From Selaginella moellendorffii (Eukaryota > Plantae > Lycopodiophyta), in assembly GCF_000143415.4 (NCBI RefSeq), contig NW_003314377.1, positions 310,001 through 374,000 of the forward strand: DNA of 64,000 nt. The letters are read 5' to 3'. Below are positions 52,030-64,000 of this stretch, one piece after another. How positions within the stretch are numbered: the stretch's first letter is position 1; every line of letters starts with the position of its first letter. The notes below the pieces were generated by a model, which was not told the origin of the DNA, ran no database searches, and was given only the letters and a program-made list of their open reading frames with translations. The position numbers were made by a program, and so were the translations under genes.

Positions 52030-52204
52030 CGTAATAAAAAAATCATACCATGTACTTGAACCATATGACAGGGGTCTTTGCGAAATCCATGGCGTTTTTG
52101 TTAGATCGCCCACCAGACGAGATTATCCCCCGCATTCGTGCTGCTCGGCGTTTCGTCCTTGGCAAAGCCCCCTCTTGGGTTGTGAATCGATCATCGTGGT
52201 AATA

Positions 52205-53450
52205 GATCGTCAAGAGTTATGGCCTGGGTTGCAATAGAAACTCGCTGAGAAATCTCCACAGCCGCAGGAGCTTTGCGATCTTCTGCTGGTGTGAATCTCA
52301 TCAGTCCCAAAACTCCACGTTTTGGCAATCCAACGAAACCTGTAGCGTGTGGCCATTCAAACGAACATACCTCGGTATCATCCTCGGCTGCCTCGATGCC
52401 TGGAGAGTAACAGTCCCGGGAAGAACCATCATTTGCCCGAAACGAAATCACGATGGATCCCCTTGCATTCCCGCTGCCAGCCAAGTACCAGCTTGTGTAG
52501 AACTGAGCCCGAGCCGGAGACCAATCCACCGGGGCTGTCCAAGTGATGCCGAGATCAAGCTCGCTGTGTGTGCCAGCAAAAGAGAGCCTGAGGAGGACGC
52601 GAGCACCCGACTTGGAGCAGGGCTGAGACTGAAAACACGACTGTCCATGAAGTTGATGCCTGTTTCTTCGCTGAGATCTCCAGCCAAGTGCTTCGCCAAG
52701 CTCTCCTCCAGCTCCAGATAGACACTACTTGTAGTTGCAAGCGGGCACTTGCCTACCAGCTTTGAGCCAAACATGCTGGAGAGTGTCCAGTCTTGCAGCT
52801 TTCGGAAAACAACCTGCTCCAATGTCATGCCTTCTTCGTCCCGATCGAAGTCACCGGAAGTGATAAGCAGCCTCTGGGAATGGTACATACCACTGTAAAT
52901 CGTCTGCCTGTCCAGGAGCGTCGTGAGCCCAGCCTTGTCTCTACATGGGAGAAGCGTGAGCCATGGCGTGAGCCGTGGCGTTCTACAGAGTGCTTCTCTC
53001 GGGAGTGCTCGCTCTTGCTCCATTTCTTTCCTTTCACCGCCCTCTTCATGCCAGGAGCGTCGAAAGCTCCTCCTCCTCCTGTCCGGTTTGCCTCGGGCCT
53101 CGACGAGAACCACGGCCCCAAGAACGTAGTTGGCAATTCGAGGAAGTTGATCGATGCGCAAAAGAGGCCCGAGAGAGCAGCTCGCCGCCAAGCCAGTGGG
53201 AGTGGAGCTCACGGCATTTCCAGAGGTGGACGTCGACGTCCAGCCAACGACGTGGGCTGCGCGATCGGATCGCCCACGCCCCAGCGCTCGTTGTTCCATC
53301 GCCCTTGCCATTTCTTTGATTCGAAACTTCCGGACCTGTTCCAAGCGATTCTTTCATCATCGTTTCGGGATTTGAGGACTTACGAGCTGGAAGATCGACA
53401 AAAGAAAGGGCAAAAGGAGGATAGGGTTCGATTTTACCTCTCAAAAGCCT
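52205..53450 (-). pseudogene. Inverted PIG-T pseudogene (5' two-thirds)
   Basis: EQVRKFRIKEM, RLTPWLTLLPCRDKAGL and YLAGSGNARGSIVISFRANDG. Retains intron 1. Frameshifts and an internally flipped segment near 53175-53235. Confidence 0.92.
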
Positions 53451-53599
53451 CGACCACTGAGAAACGTACTTGGAGTAAGAGTTCGCACCCTTGGAGGCAT
53501 GGAGGGCAATGAGATCACTCTTCTGAAGGCCATGGGTGTTTGCACTGTGCTGGGAGATTCTCTCCAAGGGCAAGTAAATCTGTGCTTGAATTCTTTCTA

Positions 53600-56500
53600 G
53601 TAGTTGAGTTTATATGTATGGAAAGTGTGGGCTCATTGAGATGCATTTGATTGAGCAGGATGAAACACGATGATCAGTGTGTACGTGTTGCATGAGTGTG
53701 GTAAGCAAGCAATCCACCTCTATGCATACTTATGTCTAGAAGGGACAAAATGGGTTGATGTTTTGCCAGGTAGCAATTTTGTCTCTACCCAGGTTGTTCT
53801 TATTAGCATGTATATTGAGTGCAATAGTCTTGAAGTTCAAGTATCTTTTAGTGGAGTTTTGAGCCTTGGACAATTGTCATTTAGCACATATAGTTGGCAT
53901 GGAAAGTTGCAATATACATTTGTGATAGAGCAAAATGCACTAGGAAGGCTTGAGATAAAAAAAATGTGATGAATGATGGGATAAAGTGAAAGTGATAGAT
54001 CCAGAAAACAATTGAGAACTCACCAAGAAATCGTAAAAGCTCATATATGAAAAAAGTTGATGCAACCTTGTGGCTGAAATCCAAGCTGGAACCCATGCAC
54101 CAAGGTAGTAAAACCTGAAGACAAAAGAGAAGAGGTGAAAGAAAATGGAGAAAAAAGAAAAAGAAAAAAGAAGTCATTACATTAATGCTTTGAGGTGGCA
54201 ATGATTGTGAGCATGTGGAAGCTCATGGCCAATTTTATTGGCGAGCACATATGAACCACCCTCCACTTAGCACTAGATGAAGTAGAGGCTAAGCCACTGT
54301 GAAGAAAATTTGGAGGATGAAGTGAACTTTTTGAGAAGAACAAGTTGTTCAGGAGAAAAGATGATTAAACTAGGAACTTTGGAGTCAATGTCTGCCTTGG
54401 TTTGCTCAATTGAAGCCCTACATTGCTCATCAAGGGCAAGGATCTTCATGTCACGAGCATGAAGCTTGTCCATGTTGGAAAGTTGGAAGTTTGTAGTATG
54501 GCGCAAAGATAGTGCAAGCAATAATACTTGGAAATCTATGAAAGTACAAGTAGTCTAATCAAATAAAGAGGCTAGGCTACTCTCACTCATAATCATTGTT
54601 CCCACTTCAAAGGTCACGGACACCATAGAATGCACGTGCTTTATTGGAGTACCATGATGAAGGCTCTAAGATTAAGCTGCAATTGAGAGGAGATCCTCCA
54701 CATAAGGTCCACACTTGAAAAGAAATGATGTCATCAGAAGAGCCTCCACTAGGAAGATTGGCAACTCTTGAAGTTGGCCATCACTCTGATCAAACTAAGT
54801 GTTTGCTATGATAAGTGGGAAAGCCTGTGTAAATAGTATTGCACTGGAACATGTTGAACTCAGGCTGTGATGGATCTTCGATCAACTCAAGAAAGATAAC
54901 AATCAGCGAGTGGGGAAAGGGTGTCGAGGAAGATAATATTGGCTTGAAGGATATTGATTGGCTTTGAGATAGTCCTAGAGGCTATTCTTGAAGCTTTCCC
55001 AACAAAGAGTGTCCACAAGCATTATAGAAACAAGAAGTTCAGTGATTGTCGCTAATCTCTATTATGCCGAGTGACCAATTTGTAATGCCTCAAACCTAAT
55101 CATGCCAAACTTGTCCAATGATGAGGGAGTCCTTCAAAGGTGTGGAGCTGAACTTTTGGTAGTTTACCACCACAAAGTTCAAAAAAGATTCCACCCCATT
55201 AATGTAAACTCGAACACTACATCAAATGCCCGTGGGGATAACAATGTAGTTTGCAAACATCTTTAGGATCAGAGTTGTGCTTCTAGAGACTCGAAAACCT
55301 GCTCTTGTGGCTGAAGAGATCACATTTCTCCCAAATCCAAAATTGACAAAAGCATTGATGATGGGAGAACTATCGCCAAAGCCTATAGGTGCAAAAATTG
55401 CATCTAGATTAGAAGAGGAGGCTGTGTCAATGATGTGCACATCCAATAGGAAAGAGGCTATGGCTTTAGTAGACCTTGTAAAGTCCTTTAGATGCTATCT
55501 AAAGCTAGGAATCATACATGAAAGCTCACACCACAAAAAGGTGACAAATGTTTCCATCAATTGTTGAAGTGCACACTCCAAGTCCCTACCAAAGGAAGGT
55601 GCAAGATATTTGGGAAGGAGAGGCGTGAATGGGAGTTTGCATGCCACCTTTAGTGTTGGATTAGTGATTGCTGAAGGAGCTGGATCGCCATCAATTTTCT
55701 CTTGATCAGTTGTTTTCTTCTTTTGTGCTCATGTGGCTATTGTCTTTGCAAACTCTTCCTTGGGATCTTGATTGCATTGACTTGTCCCATTAGAGATTTT
55801 CCTTTGTTGGAAGATGACGAAGGTACATCCTCGATTGCATGCTGCTCAAGCTGTTGTTAGTAGCAATCCTTTGCTTGTGTTATAGTGCTATTATCAGTGA
55901 ATGGTTGCTCTTGGAGACATTGAAAACATGGTGGTCACAGCTCTAGATAAAGCTTCCAACACCTCTCTATGCTGTGAGTTGTGATGTTGCAATGGGAGCA
56001 ATACTATAAGTGACTAAGTTTTCCATTTTACTTTAGTCATTTAACCGCATCTCCGACCACTTGGAGGAGTCTCATTCACAACTTCCATAAGTCCCAGTTA
56101 GGACTTGGGGCTTGCTAGCTCCGAGAATGGCATCCATGCCACTCAACCTTTGCACTTGGTCCAAGTGCTCCACGTGTCTGATCCCATGACTGACACCCCA
56201 AAGCACCACTGACATATCGGCCCGTTACGCTAAGGCCATGCCCATTCACCTTGGTCACACTGGTGGTCTAACGCCACTTACATCATAGTCCTATCTCTCA
56301 AAGACTGGGCCATCCGTCTGTGAGTGATCATCCCAGATCTACTCCTTAACATCCTTAGGATGCCCGTAGACATGGGGAATAGCCTTCCCCGACAACTCTT
56401 TTCCAGTCCCCACCAAGTCCCTTTCTGTCCATGGCCGTGTTCGCTAACACTGCCACTAGATCAAGGCTCACAGGCTCGACCTCTAAGTCCCACTATCCTT

Positions 56501-59050
56501 TGGGACTTCTTCATCATGTGACCATATCCTTGGTCACTGCACTAGAGGACTGCTCCTCTTCCCTTTCACCGTTTGGGACTTTGTGATAACATTCCAGAAC
56601 ACCGTGGCCTTATGCAAGCCTCATGGGTACTCTCCCTGCCTTTCGCCTTTAAGTGCTCTAGCCATGGGCTTAGAGTTAGGTTCCGTTGAGCCACGCCAGG
56701 TATCCAAGTAGGTAGTGCCACCCACACTTGGACTGGGAGCATTGGCCAGTCGATCTCCCGGGGGAACTAGAGCTGGCTCTTGAACACTTCACCAAGTTAC
56801 CCACTTGTCGGTCTGTGTTCACTTTAGTCTTGGACTTCCCAGTGGGCAGCTCATCACCCAACACTGGGTATAGCCTTCCTGGGCCAAATTGGCCTTTCCT
56901 GGCCCAACTGGCTCCACTGCAGTCCTCCCCCTTACTATACTTTTGGAGCTCACCAAACCCCCTAGGGTCTGGGAGACAAACACTTTGGGCTTTCACCCTC
57001 TTAGACTCGAACTCGGACTCGGACTCGGACTCAGACTCGGACTCAGACTCGGACTCAGACTCAGACTCAGACTCGGACTCAGACTCGGACTCGGGCTTGG
57101 GCTCGATCTCGGCCTCAGTCTCGGCCTCGGTCTCGGTCTTGGTCCCGATCTCGGTCTCGGTCTCGGTCCCAGTCTCGGTCCTGGTCTCAGACTCCATCTC
57201 GAACTCCATCTCGGGTCCATCTTGGACTCCATCTCGGACTCCATCTCGGACTCTATCTCGGGTCCATCTCAGACTCCATCTCGGGTCCATCTCAGATCCC
57301 ATCTCGGGTCCATCTCGGACTCTTCCACGTGTCATGTTTTGGTCCTCTTGTGTCTTCTTTTCTAGAGACTCACTCATGGCTCGCCTCGTGCTTGTTCCTC
57401 GAGAACTTCGTTGGGAGTTCCACTCCCACTCTTGACCTTTTCAAGTCGAAGCTTTTAGTCTAAATGTGTTACGATCGTTTGGCTTTCACTTTGGCCACTA
57501 CCACGTGGCACCCTTTCGGCTCCACTTTGGGGCCTATGGATTTCGTGTCTCACAAATACCAAGAGTGTGGAGCACATTGTGGCTTCTCAGCCTACTGTAA
57601 GTGGTAAGTATGGAGCTCTTGAAGGATTTTCTCTTGCATTTGCTATTGTTATTAGATGATCTCCTTGTACCCTACAAGCTCTATCAAAGCCTTCTTAATC
57701 ACTGTAGGAAATTTGTCATCAGCAAGAGCAGGAGCAGTAGTTATATGAGAGATAGCTGCATATGAAGCTCCCTCAACCTTGGAGATACTAAGCTCCTAGA
57801 GAAGATCACACTCTAAAGTCTCAGCAGTTGCAAAAGTCTCATGACATATCCAAAATTACCTCTTGAGCATCTTGTGTTAGAAATTCCTCTTGAGTCTAGA
57901 GATGAATGCCGTGATACTATGAGGCTCATTGGTGATCACCTGCTGCTCCACACACTCTTTCTATAGGCACTAAAATGCATCATATACTTTAGCACTGACT
58001 CACTAGCTCTTTGTTGAAAGGCAAACAAGTCCATAAATAAACAATTTGCCGGCCACTGCTAATCAAAATGTGATTTGAATAAGGTCTTGAATGTGGTGTA
58101 GTCCACCATATCTGCCTCCAAAAAGAGTCTCTGCCCATGCTGTTGCTCAGTTAGTAAGCGATTGAGAGAGGTCTCGAAGCTTATGATCATCATCACCAAT
58201 GTCATTTGATGCATAATATTGCTCAAACTGAAGAATGTGTATCTTGGCCAAGATGTCCCCATTGCCTAATAAGTAAGGCAAGTCCATCCCATGTTGCACA
58301 ATATGAATTACAGGAGGAACTACTATAATAATGGATGCTCAAACTTGCTATTTGCCAAAGACTCTGAATCCTCCTCAGTTGAGAGAGCCATTTGATAATA
58401 TAGCTCATAATAGATATGTGAATAATGATTGTTAAACCTAAGGAATATTGCTAATAATATGCAAGCATCAAATATGTATGGATCTACTATAAACGGGCAT
58501 AAAATAATGCAGTCACTACATGTAACAAATGCTCCTAAAGAGTGAAAACTTCTTGGCTTTTGGAATGCTCTAAATCTAATGCAAAGATCTCATAGCAAAA
58601 AAAAAATGGCTAGAGAATTTAAGGAGAACCCTAAAAATTAGCACTCACCAACATTCAGAAGTTTGCAAAGACAAAAACTGTGAATATCTCAATCTCTAGA
58701 GTGCCAAAAAGCATGAGCAATAATGCATCAGAAAACCCTTGATGCCATCTACATAGCCATAAAAAGAAAAATTGGCCAAAATTGCCCAAAATTGAGCGAA
58801 AACAACTGAAACCACCCCTTGTACTCAAAATAAATGAACAAGTGGGAAATTGTTTCAAACTTTTTATATTGCCATTAAATGTTTTATGCAAGTACACAAT
58901 AAAAAGATCTGGTGAGGATTTATCCAAAACACTCAAGAAAGATGAAAGTGATGTTGAAACTAGAAAGAATAATCCCTTTAAAATCACAACTGTGTAATAT
59001 GTAATAAAAATAGCACCAAAACTCATGATTCTTTGCAAATTCCCTTGCAA
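53600..59050 (-). mobile_element. Highly decayed Ty3/gypsy element (gag-RT-integrase remnants), interrupted by a solo LTR
   Basis: Minus-strand remnants: TFKTLFKSHF (gag-like, ~58070), SPIINAFV...RAGFRV and NYIVIPTGI (RT-like, 55220-55380), KFSSQWLSLYFI (GPY/F-like, ~54280). Boundaries uncertain. Confidence 0.55.
56005..57554 (-). mobile_element. Solo LTR of family B (1550 bp)
   Basis: Homologous to 2575-4214 end to end. TSD AATAC at 56000-56004 and 57555-57559. Confidence 0.95.
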
Positions 59051-59684
59051 GAAAGGACTTTAATGAAAGCTAAAAAGCAAAGGGAAAAACTCAAGAAAGA
59101 AATTTCACAAAACACTCAGGAAATCTTATTGTTAGAGTTTTAGAACTCAATTGTAAAAAGAGAAGAAAAAAAGGAGCAAGAGAAAATGAAAAATCTCCCC
59201 ACTTTTTAAACTCCACTCATCAAGAAAGCACTTTTTGGAATCCTCATGACCAGATCTAAATGCCCACTCATGCAATTCTCCAAATCCATGCTAAAATTTC
59301 AAGTTTAAACCTCTAAAACTAAACTGTGAAGACAAGGGTAAATTGTGAAAGAAAAATGCTTGCATGCAATTTAATTCTCCACCAAATCAAGTGTTCTTTA
59401 ACTCTCTAGAAAGAGGAGGAGAAGTTTCTTTGACTCAAATAAGGCACAACCAAAGTGAATGCTTCTATCATTAGAAATCTCTTCAAAATCGAGTGAAATA
59501 AAGTGAAGTGGAAAAACAACACCAAGAACTCTAGATCTATGAGTCTGTGTTTTAAATTCGTGTAAGGGGAGCTTTTATTAGTGCTAGAGATCCCCCAAAC
59601 ATGAATCTAGCCACTAAAACTCCAAAATCTCTCTATCCATCTAGAAAATTCTCTTATTCTCCAACGAAAGCTAAACTAACTTGT

Positions 59685-60818
59685 TGTCGCGAATGTGACT
59701 TTAGGTATCGAAAGTTACCTGTCGGCTAGTCCTTACGGACACTTTTACCTTACTGCCACGATGGCAGGAGGTCGATATTGCTGGGCCCGTTATTAGTTTC
59801 CGCCTAAGCTAGTTGAGAAACTGGTCATCACATGTGCACTTAGACCGGAAGGGCACTAAGGAAGGAAATCCTACATTGCCATTTGTCAAGCAGACTTGAC
59901 ACGGTGATGAGAAACTCATGATGTTGGCTTGCACTTGCTAGTGTTGGGAACCCCCGCAATATTGAGATTGGTCCCTCAATATTGCTAAATGATAGCTTAC
60001 CGTGTCTGCCAAACACCCTCGCTATCATGCCTTTTGTGTTAGTCTCATTTCGGTCTCAAATACTATTTATGGAAAGTGTCCAGATTTGCTCATTTGGCAT
60101 ATCTACGGAATGTAGAGATCGGCCTGAACACAATAGTGTTCGTCCCGTGTCCAAATTCGCAATCTAGTGCCATTCCATATTTAGTAAGTTTCGAGCTTGT
60201 CCCAGAGACTAACTCCTGATACTAAGGGAGGCTTGGGGTGAAAGCCCAAAGCGTGTGTTCCTCAAGGGGGGGGGGGGGGGGGGGGTTCCAAATGTATAGT
60301 AGGGATAGTGGGTAGGTCGGGCATGGCCGACCAACCTGAGGCATAGTCTAGCTCCCGCTTGCGTGCCTGTCCTTGTTCTGCGTCCGGCTTGGGTCTAAGC
60401 CCAAGTTCCATTCCATGCTAGTTGGTGGAATACCCATGTCCTCGCGTTAGGCCACCGGTATGCCGAAATAGCGCCAGACTCCGTTTGGCTCTGTTTTGCG
60501 TGCTGGTCTTGGCATTGGGATGCTGGTTGCTCCAGGACTGTTCCAAGTCACTCCGGGCCCCTGTCCCTTCACTCCTTGGGCTGTATGCTCGGGAGTTGCT
60601 CCGTGGACCGGTTCCGTCACTCCTTGGCTCCATGCTTGGGAGTTTGGCACCGTTCCTTCGTTCAGTGGCTCAAGGCCCTGAACCTCGGGTTCCTATGGAC
60701 ACGTGGCATGTGACACGTGGCATCTGTCACGTGGCACAAAGAGGGTTAGGTTCCGCTTTGTGGTGTTATCTTATGGTAAATCACCATAGGATAAAGGGTC
60801 AAAACCACGTGCGCTACA
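59685..60818 (+). mobile_element. Solo LTR of a different family (1134 bp) containing a G20 tract
   Basis: TGTCGCG...CGCTACA termini. TSD CTTGT at 59680-59684 and 60819-60823. Shares GGGTGAAAGCCCAAAGCG...GTATAGTAGGG with family B LTRs. Strand is inferred from that motif. Confidence 0.8.
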
Positions 60819-61581
60819 CTTGTCACACTAAGTTCACCATTTGTTAGGAGCTGAGGGCTTTTTCCTAACATCTCTAATTCTAGCTCTGAAAGCCTCCATA
60901 AGCTCTTTCTAATTACTCTAAATACCCTCTTTGCCTTTGCTCTCTTGCACACAAAGATAGGGGAACATTTTAGGAATCAAAATATTCCTAATGCTCTAAA
61001 CTATGCTATCCATCTTAACAAAGTCACACTTGCTCTCTTTAATGTACTTCAAATTTGGTCTCAAACTCGATCTCATACTCAATTCTCAGACTCGACCTCG
61101 GATTTAACCTTGGATTCAGTCTCAAACTTGATCTTGGACTTGAATCTCAAACTTGGTTTTGAACTCGGTCTCGAACCCAATCTCAAATCTCAGACTCAGT
61201 TTCAAACTTAGTCTCAATCTTATCTAATGAGCTTTTTATTGTTCTAGTTTTGATTTTGGAATCTTTTCGCCTACAACAACCTAGGGGAGTTGATTCCAAA
61301 CAATAATATGTATATTGTGGGAGTATAATTATTTAACACTTGGTACATTTGTAGAAATAAAAATTGAAAAGCTAGGGTAGTGCGAGCTACTCCTTTAAAG
61401 GAAACAGGTGGTTTTATCACTGATCATTGTTGCTTTGTCATTTTGGAACATCATTTCATTAGTTTTTGTTCCTTCAAATACTAATTAAATTAGTGCCTTA
61501 ATAGTTTTAGAACCAATTGAGAAAAAAAAAACTAGTAGATAGATTGTCCATGAAAATGCATGATTTGATATTTGAAGTAGA

Positions 61582-63883
61582 TGTAAGCGACTAAATTTTC
61601 AATTCTACTTTAGTCACTTAACTACACCTTCGACCACTTGGAGGAGTCTCACTCACAACCTCTATAAGTCCTATTTTGAAATTACGGACTTGCTAGCCCC
61701 AAGAATGGCATCCAAGCCACTCAACCATTGCACTTGGTCCAAGTGCTCCACGTGTTTGATCCCATGACCGACACCCCAAAGTACCACCGACATATCAGCC
61801 TGTTACGCTAAGGCCATGCCCATTTACATTGGTTACACCAGTGGTCTAACACCACCTACATCACAGTCCCGTCTCTCAAAGACTGAGCCATCCATCCATG
61901 AGTGATCATCCCAGATCCACTCCTTAGCATCCTTAGGATGCCCGCAGACAAGAGGAATAGCCTTCCTTGACAACTCTTTTCCAGTCCCCACCAAATCTCT
62001 TTTTGTCTATGGCCATGTTTGCCAATACTGCCACTGGATTAAGGCCCGCAAGCCCAACCACCAAGTCCCATTGTCCACTAGGACTTCCTCACGGTGTGAC
62101 CATATCCTTGGTCGCCACTCTAGAGGACTACTCCTCTTCCTTTCCACAGTCTACAATTTTGGGACAATATTTCAGAACACCATGGCCCTATGTGACCTGG
62201 GTACTCTCCTCGCCTTCCACCTTTGGGTGCTCTAGCCATGGGCTTAGAGCGAGGTTCCGTTGAGCCATGCCAGGTATCCAAGTAGGTAGTGCCACCCACA
62301 TTTGGACTGGGAGCATTGACCATTCGATCTCCCGGGGGAACTAGAGCCGGCTCTTGAACACTTCACCAAGCTACCCCACTTGTCAGTCCATATTGACTTT
62401 AGCCTTGGACTTCCCAGTGGTCATCCCATCAACCAACAGATGGGTATGGCATTCCTGGGCCAAACTGCCCTTTCTTGGCCAAACTGGCTCCACTAGGATC
62501 CAACCCCCACACTCTCCCTACCCCTGCAGCCCCCCCCCCACCCTCTGGGGGATGATTGCTTTGGGCTTTCACCCAATAGCCTATATTAGTATTCAGACTC
62601 AAACTCGGACTCGAAATCGGACTCGGACTCGGAATCGGACTCAGACTCGGACTTGGACTCGGTCTCGGTCTCAGTCTCGGTCTCGGACTCGGACTTGGTC
62701 TTGGTCTCGGTCCCAATTCCATCTCAGACTCCATCTCAAGTCCATCTCAAGTCCATCTCAAACTCCATCTTGGACTCCATCTTGGGTCCATCTCGGACTC
62801 CATCTCAGGTCCATCTCGGATCCATCTCGGACTCCATCTCGGACTCCATCTCAGACTCTATCTCGGGTCTCCATCTCGGACTCCATCTCGGGTCCATCTC
62901 AGATCCATCTCGGACTCCATCTCGGACTCCATCTCAGGTCCATCTCGGACTCCATCTCGGGTCCATCTCAAGTCCATCTTAGACTCCATCTTGGACTCCA
63001 TCTCAGACTCCATCTCGGGTCCATCTTGGACTCCATCTCAGGTCCATCTCTGATCCATCTCAGACTCCATCTTGGACTCCATCTCGGGTCCATCTCAGGT
63101 CCATCTCGGACTCCATCTCGGGTCCATCTCGGATCCATCTCGGACTCCATCTCAGGTCTATCTCTGATCCATCTCAGACTCCATCTCGGACTCCATCTCG
63201 GGTCCATCTCAGGTCCATCTCGGACTCCATCTGGGACTCCATCTCGGGTCCATCTCGGATCCATCTCGGACTCCATCTCGGGTCCATCTCGGACTCCATC
63301 TTGGACTCCATCTCGGGTCCATCTCAAACTCCATCTCAAGTCCATCTCAAACTCCATCTCGGACTCCATCTTGGGTCCATCTCAAGTCCATCTTGGACTC
63401 CATCTCAGGTCCATCTCTGGTCCATCTCAAACTCCATCTCGGACTCCATCTCGAGTCCATCTCAAACTCCATCTCGGACTCCATCTTGGGTCCATCTCAA
63501 GTCCATCTCGGACTCCATCTCAGGTCCATCTCTGGTCCATCTCAAACTCCATCTCGGACTCCATCTCGAGTCTATCTCAGGTCCATCTCAGACTCTATCT
63601 CGGACTCCATCTCAGGTCCATCTCGGGTCCATCTCGGACTCCATCTTGAACTCTATCTCGGGTCTATCTCGGGTCCTCTTGTGTCCCCTTTTTTAGAGAC
63701 TCACTCATGGCTCGCTTCGTGCTTGTTCCTTGAGCCCTTCATTGGAGTTCCACTCCCCTTCTCGACTTTTCAAGTTAAAGCTTTTAGTCCAAACGAGTTA
63801 TGCTCATTTAGCTTTCACTTTGGCCACTACCACGTGGCACCCTTTCGGCTCCACTTTGGGGCCTAGGGATTTTATGTCTCACA
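61582..63883 (-). mobile_element. Solo LTR of family B (2302 bp) with ~1.1-kb expanded minisatellite
   Basis: TGTAAGCGACT...TCTCACA. TSD GTAGA at 61577-61581 and 63884-63888. Array at ~62592-63675. Confidence 0.95.
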
Positions 63884-64000
63884 GTAGAGTGTAACAAACT
63901 AAAGAAAACAACTTGAAAGCCAATTCATAGAGTTTAAATATAAAGGGAAAAAGCCTATATATCAGAGTGCACGGGAAAGTATGGCTCTGATAGCGTAGTC

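Noticed and set aside
63960-63992. TATCAGAG...CTCTGATA inverted repeat as a PBS or Helitron end
   Set aside because: Lacks the TGG of a PBS and an adjacent LTR end, and the window ends before the context can be judged.

Overview
Plant nuclear DNA, most likely the lycophyte Selaginella (inferred from the very compact gene island, ~50-nt introns, a flavodiiron gene of the kind angiosperms have lost, and a PPR fragment). Four zones. (1) 1-17 kb: a PPR remnant and a germin-like gene, then a nest of Ty3/gypsy-type LTR elements. A young non-autonomous element with minisatellite-containing ~1.7-kb LTRs sits inside a deleted short-LTR element, which lies head-to-head with a full-length degenerate relative. 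(2) 17.7-42 kb: a dense gene island with PSAT, FLVB, RPP1, an EF-hand protein, a BAHD acyltransferase, a LysM protein, a SNF2/RING helicase, an STK16-like kinase, ABCE/RLI, an SDR, a CONSTANS-like gene and ANGUSTIFOLIA. (3) 42-53.5 kb: a locally triplicated and inverted AN / PIG-T block. (4) 53.5-64 kb: a decayed gypsy element and three TSD-flanked solo LTRs. The best novelty candidate is a 102-nt minus-strand unit in three copies (42210-42311, 44099-44200, 51928-52029). It has Pol III A-box-like and B-box motifs, a terminal hairpin followed by TTTT, structure-preserving substitutions, far higher conservation than its flank, and an 11-nt site complementary to the U1 snRNA 5' end. It looks like an uncharacterised tRNA-derived small RNA gene. 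All counts and alignments were done by eye.
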